Both the position numbers and the translations under genes were made by a program. 64,000 nucleotides of DNA from Octopus sinensis. Its lineage: Eukaryota. The first letter of the stretch is position 1; every line of letters begins with the position of its first letter. A model generated the notes under the pieces. That model was not told the DNA's origin. It did not search any database and saw only the letters and a program-made list of their open reading frames with translations. The stretch is taken from positions 52,700,001 to 52,764,000 of the forward strand of contig NC_043008.1 in assembly GCF_006345805.1 (NCBI RefSeq). The letters run 5' to 3'. Below are positions 12,468-25,481 of the stretch, one piece after another.

Positions 12468-13152
12468 AAGGACCTGGGTATCTTGGTGGACTCTTCCTTT
12501 TCGCCTTCGGCCCAGTGCGTCCATGCTGCCAACAAAGCACTCGGAGTTCTGTTTTTGATTCGACGGTCATTCGGAATGCTCACAGCAGCTATATTCCTAC
12601 CACTCTATGTCACGCTGGTGAGACCCATATTGGAGTACGGGATTAAAGCCTCTTCTTATCTCCTCAAAGACATACAGCATCTCAAAAGAGTCCAGAAGCT
12701 GGCTACCCGCATGGTTCTTGATCTCAAGCATTTGTCTTATGAAGAAAGGCTGAAGACGCTCGACCTTTATTCTCTAGAAAAACGATGACGCCGTGGTGAT
12801 CTCATTCTTGCTCACAACATCATAAGCGGAAAATGTAACCTCTCGAAAGAGCTGTTCTTCACTCCTGCTCCAGAGCGTCGGCTGCGGGGTCACTCCGAAA
12901 AGCTCTATCTGCGACGATTTCATCTCAATCGAAGGAGAGGGGCTTTCACCGTCCGGGTTGCAGATCCGTGGAATAAGCTGCCGGACGAGATAGTGAAGAT
13001 GCCGACGACCGCTCGGTTCAAAGTCTCCCTTGACCACGAATGGCCTGAACTCTTTACATGAACACCACCCTGTACATAACTCCATGTCCCCCTACATGGC
13101 CTTGCTTTTTGCTTTTTGAGCCAAATAATTAACCTAACTTAACTTAACTTAA
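12468..13152 (+). mobile_element. CR1/L2-type LINE, 5'-truncated 3' end (ORF2 C-terminus, 3' UTR hairpin, (AACTT)n tail)
   Basis: One frame 12468-13061 reads KDLGILVDS...LYVTLVRPILEYG...SYEERLKTLDLYSLEKR*RRGDLI...RLRGHSEKL...FTVRVADPWNKLP...FKVSLD with a single internal stop at 12786. Hairpin CCATGT-cccccT-ACATGG at 13082-13099. Tail aacctaacttaacttaacttaa. Confidence 0.92.
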
Positions 13153-13180
13153 TAAAAATAATAATAAATTAAACTAATAC

Positions 13181-13259
13181 CTTGTTATTTCTTCATGTAG
13201 TGACATGGGATCTTCTGGGTAAAACTTCACACGGAAGCACAGCACCATTGGATTGACAC
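13181..13259 (-). CDS. FRMD5: FRMD5/FRMD3-like, 79-bp internal exon, (G)[25 protein letters not shown](R)
   Basis: Splice sites tttttaaattaccag|GTGTC...ATAACAAG|gtatta. Contains the hallmark band-4.1/FERM motif [16 protein letters not shown]. Phases 1 and 2. Confidence 0.95.
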
Positions 13260-13707
13260 CTGGTAATTTAAAAAGAGAAAAAGAATCTGTCAGATATTTA
13301 TAAGTGTAGACAATGATGTACTTACCTAACTTTCTAAGTATGGAAAAATCAAAACATTATTTAAACCTGAAATATAACTCTTCTTCAAGAGCAAAGTCTT
13401 ATGTTTTTATTTTATATTATTATTATCATTATTACATGAGATATTAAATTTTAAAACAATATAAAAATATATTAAATTTTTAAATAATAAAGAAATAAGA
13501 AAGTAAAAATATATTAATGAATATTAATAGAAATATCATTATCAGTGTGGTTAGTATTAATATTATTATAATTATTTGGTGTGCCAATGTAATTTGAGGC
13601 TTGTGTGTGTGTTTGCATGTAACAGAAGGGAAGCAACTGCATGTGGTTGGTTGCCATCTAACAAATTATTTTGGAGGATCTTTTCTCAATATTTTGTTGG
13701 TATACCT

Positions 13708-14236
13708 CAGTGATTCAATATTTTGTAGTTCAGCGCCCCCACTTTACTCATGTCCCCTCCACATATTTTATGAAAGAAGCATTTGTGAAAAATAAATAAA
13801 TAAATAAATGCAAAACATCTTAAACAAAATTGTGCTCAATGGTTTATTATCCATTGATGATGATGGTAATGATTTTCTTATACTATTCTACTCCACTACG
13901 TACCTCTTTTTAGATATTTGCATAGATCAATGCTCCCAAAGTCAATGTTAAGGAAATTACTAAAGACAAGGACTTATATAATGAAATTATATTCAACTTT
14001 GGCACGTCATTTATGTCTTCTTGTCCAACTTATATTCTAATCTAAAGAAAGATTTTTTTTTCTTCAAAAACATGTTTAAAACATAAATATTACACCTTGT
14101 TAAATTATTTTATTTCTAAAAAAAAAATTTCTTAAAGATTTCAAAAGGGAGTTCTCTCCCTTAAAATTTGCCAGTCTTTTGGGAGTTCACAATGTTCTCT
14201 TGGGGGGAATACTACTGTCCAGATTAAGAACCACTG
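13708..14236. mobile_element. Possible hAT/Charlie-like MITE remnant
   Basis: The left end CAGTGATTC and right end ttaaGAACCACTG resemble CAGTGGTTCTCAA-type TIRs. No 8-bp TSD found. Confidence 0.3.
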
Positions 14237-14720
14237 TTTTACATTGCTATTGATGTTTATTGTTATTAATTTGTTTTTACTGCTTTATTGATTCCATGCA
14301 GGCCATCACCAATCCCAATGTTTTTCAGTTGTTGTATTTGTGTTTTATGTTTGTTTGCATTGTTCCTAACAATTTGTTAGGCTCTTGGGGACCAACAAGT
14401 GAATTTATTATTCATATTATTTAACAGTTTTTCTGTAATTTTTTTAGTGTATATATTTTATTAAATATCCTGAAATGGAAATATTAAAAGAAATATAGAT
14501 TTTAATAGGAAACATAAAAAATAATGATCATAAAAATGATAATTATGATGATGAGGAGGATAATGAAAAAATATCTAACAAATATTAAACCCCAGAATGA
14601 GATGTCAAATTTATTTTATCACGTTTATGCTTATTCCTTATAAGAGCTGCAAAGTATATTCCAACTATTTGTATAGAAATTTTGTTGAATATTGATATTT
14701 TTAAAAAAACATTTCCAGAG

Positions 14721-14994
14721 ATTCTGTTGTGTCTGGGGAGAGTCATTTTCTTTTTGTGCCTTATAATGTAACACACTCACTGGTAAAATTTCCACTTATT
14801 TCTTATTTTTATTTTCCTAAAATTTTTGTTGCGTCTTGCAACCTTTTCAATAGTCTTGAGAGTCAAGACTACTGAAAAGGTTGCAAGACGCAATGAAAAT
14901 TTTAGGAAAATAAAAATAAGTGGAAATTTTACAGGTGAGTGTGTTACATCATAAGGCACAAAAAGAAAATGACTCTCCCCAGACACAACAGAAT
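14721..14994. repeat. Long near-perfect palindrome, ~135-bp arms and 3-nt loop
   Basis: 14721-14859 pairs with 14863-14994. The centre is tagtcttga-GAG-tcaagacta, with few mismatches and one small indel. Confidence 0.92.
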
Positions 14995-16871
14995 ATGCTT
15001 CAATACACGAACTCATAAAGAATCTTGCAAACCAAATCCCAAAACGAAATATTTCCAGAGATTTTATAAAGGTTAATATCACATTACATGAAAATCCCAT
15101 ACTAGAGTTAACTTGATAGGAAGGTGAATTAACGAGCCGAAAACAATTGCTTACTGTTTCATTACACCATTCAAATGACCACAACATAGTTGAATAGTGA
15201 AGAAGTTTGATCTGCACTTCATGAATCATGGGGTTACAGGTCCGATCCCACAGAGGCTAAACAACAACATCACAACCTCCTTTTTGAACTTACCTGCTCT
15301 GACCAGTAAATACCTTGTGGTTGAGCAGACAACAAATAGAAGAGAAGGCAAGCATAAAAACAAATCGCACTAAACGCAGGTTCTTTATTGCTCTACACAT
15401 CATTATCATTTAATGTCCATGTTCCATGCTAGCATGGGTTGGACAGTTTGAAAGGAACTGGTTTTTCTAAAGACTGCTCAATGTCTACGTTGGCATAGTT
15501 TTATGGCTGAATGCCCTTCCTAATACCAACCATTTTACAGTGCGGACTACTTTTTATTCATGTCACCTGTACTATTGCAGTCACTATGCAGTTCATAGGA
15601 CTACAATGGGGTTGGGTGGGAGGCAGCTTCATGCTAGTTGACAAGGGGTTAACTATCTTCAGTACATTTCTTACACCTAGCCTAAGGATAACCAGCACCT
15701 TTGAAGTGGAATTTCAGAAATAGAAATTGTATAGAAGCCTGTCATACGTAAGGGCTTGGTAAAATAACATTATGCTTGACATACACTACATGACAGCAAA
15801 AAAATAAATAACCCAATTAAGAGTTACTAATTGTTTTTGTTTTTTTGTTTTTTTTTAATTATTGTTATTTCACCTATCAACTGTTATTCAAGGGGACAAA
15901 ATGATAAGTCCAGCTGCCACAAGACTTAAATACAAAATGAAGAAACGAAGATATAAAAATATTTTAAAGATAATTAACTGAGGTAAATTTAGCCTTAATT
16001 AATACTGCAAGATAAATTTAGCCTAATGGATTCTACCAGTCAATCCATTACCCTCTTGACTCTAATAATAACAATAATAATGATGATGATGATGATGACA
16101 GATTTAACGACAACAGTAGACAATAAGGACGATAATGATGACAGTTATAGTAACTGACATATGATGATAATGTAGATTGTACACATGACATTGATGATGA
16201 TGATGATGATGCACAAAATTAAACAACCTTTTCAAGCAAAGTAGTTAATTAGTCATCTTCAGCAAAAAATAACTGGCATTTTAGTTGATGAAGCAAGTTG
16301 AGAAAATTAAAGCAAACTTAACATGACATACTTGCAGAAGGTAAGCTTTGAAATAGAGTTTTGTGTTGGAAGACAGAAGGAAGTAATAAATAATAATAAT
16401 AATAACAAATAAAACAACGAAAAGAAACATACGAAATCATACAGGATACAGACTTTATGGTATATATGCATTGTGTATGTGTTAGTCTATGTGCATTCGA
16501 GACATGTAGTTGTAGTAGGTTAGACCAGCGATATCTCTGACTGAGTTGACTGATTATGAAAGACATTCCAATCATGACAATGCCATCTCTTTTGTAGGTG
16601 CATTGCACCCAGGACTACACTATATTATCCAATGCGCCCTTCCATCTTTGAAGACGGTATGGCACGATGCAGAATAGATTTGGTTTCTATTTCTAAAACA
16701 CCAAGAGACCAGATAGGGGTCAAGTCACTCACATTGGTTTTTCTGTCCATGTAATGTTATTTTATTGTTTGGTAATCACCTTTGCTTTTGTTTTCTTGTT
16801 ATCCTTTCCTTTTTTGTTTAGAAGGACAATCAACTGGCTGTGTCACTAACTATTTAAAGTAGCAGCTAGTA

Positions 16872-17185
16872 AGGCTCATAGCTTAGTGGTTAGGGCATTT
16901 GGCTCATGACCATAAGGCTGTGAGTTCAATCCCCAGTGAGGTGTTGTGTCCTTGAGCAAGGTACTTTATTTTATGTTGCTCCAGTCCACTCAGCTGGCAA
17001 AAATGAGTAGTACCTGTATTTCAAAGGGTCAGCCTTGTCACACTGTATCAAACTGAATCTCCCTGAGAACTTTGTTAAGGGGACACATGTCTGTGAAGCG
17101 CTCAGCCACTTGCACGTTAATTCCACAAGCAAGCTGTTCGGTTGATCGTATCAGCTGGGACCCTCATTGTCATAACCGACAGAGT
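16872..17185 (+). mobile_element. tRNA-derived SINE family B, near full length
   Basis: A-box-like TAGCTTAGTGG, B-box-like GAGTTCAATCC, central gtgtccttgagcaaggtactt. Related copies near 32290-32435(-), 48795-49330(+), 59980-60240(-). Confidence 0.8.
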
Positions 17186-19484
17186 GCTCCGTCCTTTCTT
17201 TGCTAGTAAGTCTCATATTTGCACTTCTTAAATAAAACTATAACAGTGACATTCAATTCTACACTATGAAACTATTAATAAGTTCCAAACTTGTACACTC
17301 ATAATTGTTTCTGACCCCTGAGTTCAACTCAGCAGGCTTGTCCCTCACCCCTTTTGTTTTGTCTTAGACTTGCTAGGACTTGAAGAAGGAACAAGATTCA
17401 TGATATTTGGCAACCTCTCCAAGACTAGTGAAATTAATGTCATTAATATTTTTTTGAACAACTGCATGAAAAACATGAGCAAAGAGGGAACTCCTGAGAG
17501 ATGACATTCTGGGAAGACAGGGCTGGGTGTAGTGATCGGGGTAGGGCCTGCAAGGTTAAACACAAGGGTGACAGGAAGAGGAAAGAAATCCCTGATTGGA
17601 TATAACACAAGCCCAGCAAACTCCAAGGAGCAGAAGTCCATATAATAGCGACAAAAACTGCTGTGACAGAAAACAGCACAAATGCAGGCCAAAAATTAGA
17701 GGGAATCTCTGAGTAACTTTATGTCAATCTGTCAACTGACCCTTTTCTGGATTCAGTCTGAGGATATTTGTGTGTGCAGCAAGCCACACCATCCTAGATG
17801 CAAAAGCAATCCTCTGTAGTGGAGTATTGCTCTATATTGAATACTTAATGCTACAAGTACTGGCCAATATACAATGACAGAGTAACTACTGCCTTAGTGT
17901 ATGGTACCATTGTTTCTGGAGTCCAGTTATATATGTTACTCCTCACAATACAGTAGAGATAGTTATGACCAAATTACTGTTGCTTAGTCCCAGTTCAGTT
18001 CTGACAGCAGACTCATCACCAAAATTATTCCAACTATGACTACCCTATCTTATGTTTAGGCACAGTGTATCTAGTACCACCTTATCCAATATACCTTTCC
18101 TTTCTGAAAACGATAGGGGTGTAATTTGAAGGAGATTTGGCTACTATTTTTAGCAGATCAAGCTATCATACTGAGACTCTCTTGAATAGTTTTCTTATAC
18201 CACCTAACTTATAACCAAAAATAATTTCTTGTATTGTGAAATGTTTAACGAAATCTGTTTTTTTGTGGCTAGATTTACTAACTTCTAAGAGGTGTACATA
18301 GACACGTACACCCATGCAAGACAGAGAACGTATGAGCAATGTCATTAATATATAACTTTCGTGTCAGAGTGTTTTATGTGAAACAACAGTCTGGAGTGGT
18401 TTCCTGTTGTCAGTTCTTCAATGTAGACAAGAAAGCCGAAAAGAGTTTTGGACAAGTGAAAATGGAAGTTGTCAATGTAATGGGACTAAGGACATTATTT
18501 TAGAAACTATAGTACTTATTTTAAATAGTAAACCAAAAAATTATAAAGCTCTTTTTAACATATTTACAACAACAAAACAACCCATTGAAGTTAATTATTT
18601 AAAAAATCCTGGTCAATATTTTTGCACTCAGAGTTAACTTAATGGATGTGTAAGACTATAGTGTAATTAATTCAAATGAGTTATTGTTTTAAATATGTTA
18701 ATTGTTCACACCTACTCGTGTGTATAATATTGTACATCTACTTAAAGATTCTCTCATCAGTACTTTCATCAGTACAGTTCTGAATCTCTTTGATTTGGTT
18801 TAGTTCAGGATTAGTAAAAATTGTAAACTGCAACAGCTCATTTTAATAGTGAATCCCCAAGTGGATACAACCATGCGTGATAAATACCATGTAATATATT
18901 GGGTGAGAAAAACATCCCGGATAGGGAAAAAAATGGCTAAAGGCTACTTGTGGGATTTGAACACATATCTGTTTATGTAATGGGAAAATTTGAGTTTAGT
19001 GGTTGGTATTAGTTTCATTGTGTAGGATTAAATATCACAGCAATAGTTGTGTTTTAAGAGCATTAAGTGAGCTTTAAGTACTCAGTCACATTGATCCTCC
19101 TGTGTTCAGTGTTGAGTATTCAGCTATTGCTTTATAAAATACCTAAGCAAAATACTCAATAGAACTACTTTAATAGCTGTTAAATCATATAAGGCCCTAG
19201 TGTTTAGTAAGCAGTTGTTGTTTAACCCCAGGTGAGTCCTGATTGAACAGAACTATAATCAAATGCATTCCAATTGTAAATATCTGGTCTTTTCTGAGGA
19301 GTAACTAGTTCTACATTATTCATTGTTACCTTTTCAACAATGTCTGAACCTTTTCAGACATTGTTTTAATATCTACTTTTTTGTTGAGGCACATTTTCTA
19401 CAGCATGATGCTCTTTCAGTTCCAAAACCCCACGTGTTTCCAAAGAAAGTAATATTTCCCAATGGCTGGACACTGAATAACACC

Positions 19485-19694
19485 AGTATGCTGGGACAAA
19501 ATGCTTAGCAGTATTTCGTCTGCCATTACGTTGCGAGTTCAAATTCCGCCGAGGTCGACTTTGCCTTTCATCCTTTCGGGGTCGATAAATTAAGTACCAG
19601 TTACACACTGGGGTCGATATAATCGACTTAATACCTATGTCTGTCCATGTTTGTCCCCTCTATGTTTAGCCCCTTGTGGGCAATAAAGAAATAG
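19485..19694 (+). mobile_element. SINE family D
   Basis: aaatgcttagc...gagttcaaattccgccgaggtcgactttgcctttcatcctttcggggtcgataaattaagtaccag...gccccttgtgggcaataaagaaata. Other copies at 11920-12075(-), 23405-23635(-), 23655-23872(-), 30452-30650(+), 36143-36348(-), 46318-46530(+). Confidence 0.85.
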
Positions 19695-20473
19695 GTATGG
19701 TGACACTCATTTTACGGCTAATGCAAAATGTCAAGACAAAGCGATACAAACACATATACACACATACACAGTACCTATGACGTATGTCTAAGTATGCAAC
19801 AGGCTTCTTTCAGTTTCTGCCTATCAAATCCACTCGCAAGCATTTTGTCAGACAAGGGCTAAAGTAGAATACACTTGCCCAAGGTGACCTATGCAGTGGG
19901 ACAGAACCTGAAACCACATGATCAGGAAGCAAACTGAACATGTTAACCACACAGTCATATCTCTACACCTTTAACAATATAATCGCTACATTACTGTATA
20001 AAATGTATTCTGAATGAGGAGTCGGTGATGTGTGTTATGTGTTATAATATCAGGTGTCAATTATGTAATGGAAAATGTGTTGCATTATTTTCTTAGGTGG
20101 GAAATGCACAGAGTACACGCTGTGTGGAATGTGTTAATTTGAACTGTGCAAGTTGTGTTGTTGAACTGAAAGTGTTCTGCATAGCAGGACTATTTATTTT
20201 TTAAACCATGTTTATAGTTGGAAGCTCTGATTTCTATTTTTTTTTTTTAGTGCAATCTAATGCTTGAGTTATCACTGGTGCAGTTTTTATTGCCATACAC
20301 CCAGATTGTATGAATTTCCAATTCAATATCCTTATATTTGTTGCTGAATAGTTTTCCAGCTTCCTTACTATTAGCCATGGTAATATTAATCGATATAATA
20401 AAATTCACTCAAGGCTCAACTGGTACTTATTATATTGACCCTGAAAGGATGAAAAGCAAAGTCAATCTCAGTG

Positions 20474-20511
<38 letters not shown>

Positions 20512-20855
20512 TAGACACTTCCAGCATGTAAAAAAGCACCAACCTCCTACAGAAACTTTCCTAGAAATTAAACATACTCTGGCCACCTAAAGCAAGTGGA
20601 ATTTAAGGTACCACCCTGTCTGTCCATGTCTGTCTAACTATAAACACATTTCAGCACTTCCTAACCACTCCCACCTTACAACCAACCTACCATCACACCC
20701 ACATAGCAGACATCTGGTTTTCTATTCTATTCTTAACCATTACTAACAGTATCTTCATATTATCACTACCACCAAAGACTGAATCAATAGTTACTTAGCA
20801 CAACTGCTTCAAAAGTAATCTACACAAACATATGCACCCACTCACACACACACAC

Positions 20856-20918
<63 letters not shown>

Positions 20919-21075
20919 CGTGCGGTACCTAGCATGTGGTACCTATGAATAATAGTACCCTCTATATAATATAAATAAGTATTTTCAAAGTTGAAAAAAT
21001 TTACAGATTTTTTCTCTTACGAGGTTTTTCACGCTAACTACTGATAATTTCTTATAAAGATTTTATCCTTATTTT

Positions 21076-21109
<34 letters not shown>

Positions 21110-21110
<1 letters not shown>

Positions 21111-21660
21111 TTTATTTAAAGCAGCAGAAAATTCAACAAAACCTGTTACTCTGAGTTTCACATTCCCGTTCGTCGGACAGTTTTTGCTAGAATAGAACCG
21201 ATATGTCAAGTCTATCAAGATTAGTATAAACGCTACACCTTTAAAAATGGACTTGTTTGATTGGTCCTTTACAAATAACGGTCAATTTTCGAGCGATAAA
21301 CAAAAATGAGCTCAATTCTAGCAAAAACTGTCCGACGAACGGGAACGTGAAACTCAGAGTAACAGGTTTTGTTGAATTTTCTGCTGCTTTAAATAAAGCA
21401 TATTACTCTACCACTGGTATTTGAGTACTCTTTTTTTCCACCTTGTTTCACATTTATGTGTTTACTCCGGTATATATATATATATCATCATCATCATGAT
21501 ATATATATATATATTATATATATATATATACCGGAGTAAACACATAAATGTGAAACAAGGTGGAAAAAAAGAGTACTTAAATACCAGTGGTAGAGTAATA
21601 TGCTTTATTTAAAGCAGCAGAAAATTCAACAAAACCTGTTACTCTGAGTTTCACGTTCCC

Positions 21661-21663
<3 letters not shown>
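21110..21663. mobile_element. (TA)n-embedded double-foldback element
   Basis: Inverted arms 21110-21193/21315-21398 (84 bp) and 21338-21470/21531-21663 (133 bp, about one substitution). (TA)n on both sides and between the second pair. Confidence 0.9.
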
Positions 21664-21754
<91 letters not shown>

Positions 21755-22364
21755 AAAGGAGTATATGACCCAACATAGGAAACATCTATGTTGTCACCTA
21801 ATCTGTTAGAAATAGCAAACCACTTTCCTTTCAAATTACATACAACAGTATTGAGAAAATAGGACACATGGGATGGATATAGTCATTAATATACAAAGCA
21901 AAATGGGATTGCACATCGGAAAAATCTTTGATCCTAGACTTGCTCAATCAGAATTGACCTGGGGGAGAAACTACAATATTTATATCTGTCATTTGCAAGT
22001 ATTGCCCCAAAAACAAAAGTTTTTACATTTTGGAAAGGTGTACCTGTGCAATTTTTAATCTCCTGATTATAGATTTTAAAATGTTGTCTCAGAAAGAGAG
22101 TTGATTTTGTAGAGGTTTCCAGTGATACAAAATTAATTTCTTCCTACCCATCCAAATCATCATTGTTTCAATGCACACTTTTCCATACTTGCATGGGTCA
22201 GATTTTCTATAGCTGGAAGCCCCTCCTGTCACCAACGATCACTTCTTTCTTAGCAAGATAATATTTCCCCATGACCTCATATGCTTTTGCAAAATACTGA
22301 AAATGGATGACGCTGCTGGTATAACAGTAACACTTACTTAGCAACCACACAATGTCAAGAAAAG

Positions 22365-22401
<37 letters not shown>

Positions 22402-22619
22402 TTACTTGTTTGAATTTATCTTTTCAATAGCTTCATCAGAAGGGAAATGGTAGCAGCCATGACCATTTCAAAAATTTTATGATCGGTGCAAGGAAAGAAA
22501 GAAGCTATCTTTAGAGTGGAGACTTCATTCAAAAAGTTAACAATAAAGTGGACTCTTCTAAAAGCACCAACAGACCAGACGATAGTGTTAAACTGAATGA
22601 TGGATTAAATCCTTTGAAG

Positions 22620-22918
22620 CCTTGAGAGTGGATTTGGTTGATGGAAACTGAAAGAATCCCATCCTATATGTGTGTGAGTGTCTGCTCTTGTCTTGACATC
22701 ACATGATAGTTGTAAAATGATTGTCACTATCATACAAGCAGTGTCATTCATTTCTAATATTCTTCAAGGACATGTCTGGCCATGGGAAAATATCTTGTTT
22801 GGAAACAGGTGAGAGTTGGTGACAGAAAGGGCAAACGACCATAGAAAATCTGCCTCAATAATCTCCTTCTGACCCATGCAAGCATAGAAAAGTGGACGTT
22901 AAAATGATGAGGATGATT
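22620..22918 (+). mobile_element. SINE family A variant with a family-R-like 3' tail
   Basis: Family A core gagtggatttggt...ggaaactgaaagaa, then a body ending ccatgcaagcatagaaaagtggacgttaaaatgatg. Similar bodies near 44985-45200(-) and 52638-53035(+). Confidence 0.65.
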
Positions 22919-25434
22919 TTAAAATAGTTTTAATATAATGAAATAAAATCATACAGACAACAATGGTTAATGGCCTGTATTTTATAAAGAATATTTATTT
23001 AATATGTATCACATTACATGCAGAACAAAATATATCATTGTGGGGAAATATATAAAATTAATCTATGTGCATGTACCTAATAAGTCAGTGAGTGAGTGTG
23101 AAGGAGAGAGAATCTGAGAGAGAGAGAGAGTGTGTGTGTGTGTGTGTGTTATTTTTCCTGCTAGATATACACATACGTACAATAATAAGTAAAAACAGGG
23201 GACCATAAACAGTAATTACAAACATCAAATAAAACAATTTAATGGTTTAAAATACTGAAAAACATATCATTTGAAGAAAGCAAACATTAAAAATACAGTA
23301 ATTATAATTTTTTTTTTTTCAAATAACAAAAAACACAATGCAAACGAATATAATAATGCAAATAATATTAGTAAATAATAATAACAAAAATAATATTAGT
23401 AGTAATAGTAATAATAATAATTCTTTCCACTATTGACACAAGGCCTGAAACTTTGGTGGTGGAGGAGGTTAGTCAATAACATCAACCCCAGTGTACAACT
23501 GGTACTAATTTTGTTGACTCTGAAAGGATGGGAAGCAAAGTCAGCCTTGGTGGTATTTGAACTTGGAATGTAAAGCTAAAAGAAATGCCGCTGAGCATTT
23601 TGGCCTGACATATTAACAACTGCCAGCTCACTGCCATGGAAAAGAAAATAAACCATTCTACTGTAGGTACAAGGCATGAAATTTTGAGGGACGTGGGTTA
23701 GCCAACTGCATCAACTCCAGTGTTCAACTGGTATTTGTTTAATCAACACCAAAAGGATGAAAGGCAAAGTCAACCTCGGTAGCATTTGAATGCTAAAGAA
23801 TAACGGCAAATGAAAAGCCACCAAGCATTTTGTCTGGTGTGCTAATGATTCTGCCAGCTCACTACTTTAATAATAACGATGATGGGCTACAGCAAATATT
23901 CTGCTCAATACCACAGATTTGCTTGTCAGTTGTTTGACCGTAACCAGTTGAGCATGTCCCTTAGTGGCTGATGATATGTACATCTCTGATCACAAGCAGG
24001 GATAGTGAGTGAGCATCATAGCCATGTGTTGAGAGGAATTTTGAGGGTTTGAATAATTCACCTTTGGAAACATGGTGATTCATTCATCATCCTTAAACAA
24101 ACCTTATTCAGGGACCTTTTGGGCAGGATGGGCTAGTCAACCTGCAGAAGATCCTAACTGGGCCCCACCTGAAAGGTCATGCACTCTTTATTTTGATATG
24201 AGATCACCATGTCACACACATATAGTTGTGATGCCTATGTCTGGTGTACCCTTATCAGACATGTAGTCATGATGGGTATATTGGACTTTGTATATTTGTA
24301 CTGCTGTGTCTCTTTGATGGCATGCACTGCTCTCTCACTCAATAATAATAATGGACTCTCCCATTGAAGACAATGTATGAACATTCAGCTTTTTGCCAAA
24401 TGACCTGCATAAATAATTTGTTTATAGAGATCAAATGTTTGTGCCGCACATTAGCTAACTCTCTCCATCAATGAACAGGTGCATGATGAACCATGCATCA
24501 GGTGTCGAAGTGATCATAGAGCAACATGAGATGAGGTGCTTTGCTCAAGAACACAAATCCCCACCTGACTGTGAGTGCAACACCCTAACCACTAAACCAC
24601 AAAACAAAAGGAAAATAAAAAGGAAACATAATTTAGTGTTTTTATGGGTGAATCTAAATATTTAAAAAATTTAGAAGACATCTAAATTTAAATCTTAGAA
24701 TGCTACAGAAATAAATTCAAACAATTTTATAACTAAAATAGATTTCTTAAAATAAGCTTGAAATAATTTTAGAAATTTTCAATGTCTTGCTGAATTTTTC
24801 AAATTATTATATTGTTTTTTTTTATTTTAGCTTCCTTTAAATAAAAACGAACAAAACAATATTTGACATGGTTTATTTTTTAATTATTTTATATGTACTT
24901 TTAGAAAATGTAATCAATCAATTAATTAAATGCAATGATGCTGGTTAAGTTTGCTTTAGCTCACTGAAAAGAAAAGGTAATAATACAAATAATAAAAATT
25001 GATTGACAAAACAATAATAATATACTCCATTAAGTTATATAAAACAGGTTTTGTATTTCTCAAACATTGACAGATGAGAAAGAGAAAAAATCCTGAGCGC
25101 AGAGCACACACACATAATGGAAAAACCCAACCCCTCAGTGGATAGAAATGCATGTACACTCACCACATGAAGCAGAGCTTTATTTTAAAATTTATCTTTA
25201 TTTACCTGAAGCCCCTTAACCTACACACGCCTACTTGTGTCCCACCCAGGCTTTACTCTTGTTACTTATTCACAGTCCCATGTTATATATCTTTTAGGTG
25301 AGGTGTTCCTTTATAACAACAAGAAGAACATGCAGCGCCAGAGTCTCTGTAATTGTATAATGTATGAATGAAACTTTGGTTTCAGATGAATGCATGAGCT
25401 TGTGTGTATATCTATGTGTGTAATGGAGGGGATA

Positions 25435-25481
<47 letters not shown>

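Noticed and set aside
21328-21360. Hammerhead-like CCGACGA-ACG-ggaa-CGT-GAAAC-TC-AGAG, with a similar motif at ~4362-4395
   Set aside because: U4 is C in both copies, stem III cannot form (AC-TC), and stem II is not supported in the 4.3-kb copy. Not called a ribozyme, though worth rechecking on a family consensus.
22420-22445. Minus-strand CTGATGA-agctatt-GAAA
   Set aside because: It shares 13 nt with the 5.4-kb motif but has no stem I, stem III or cleavage triplet.
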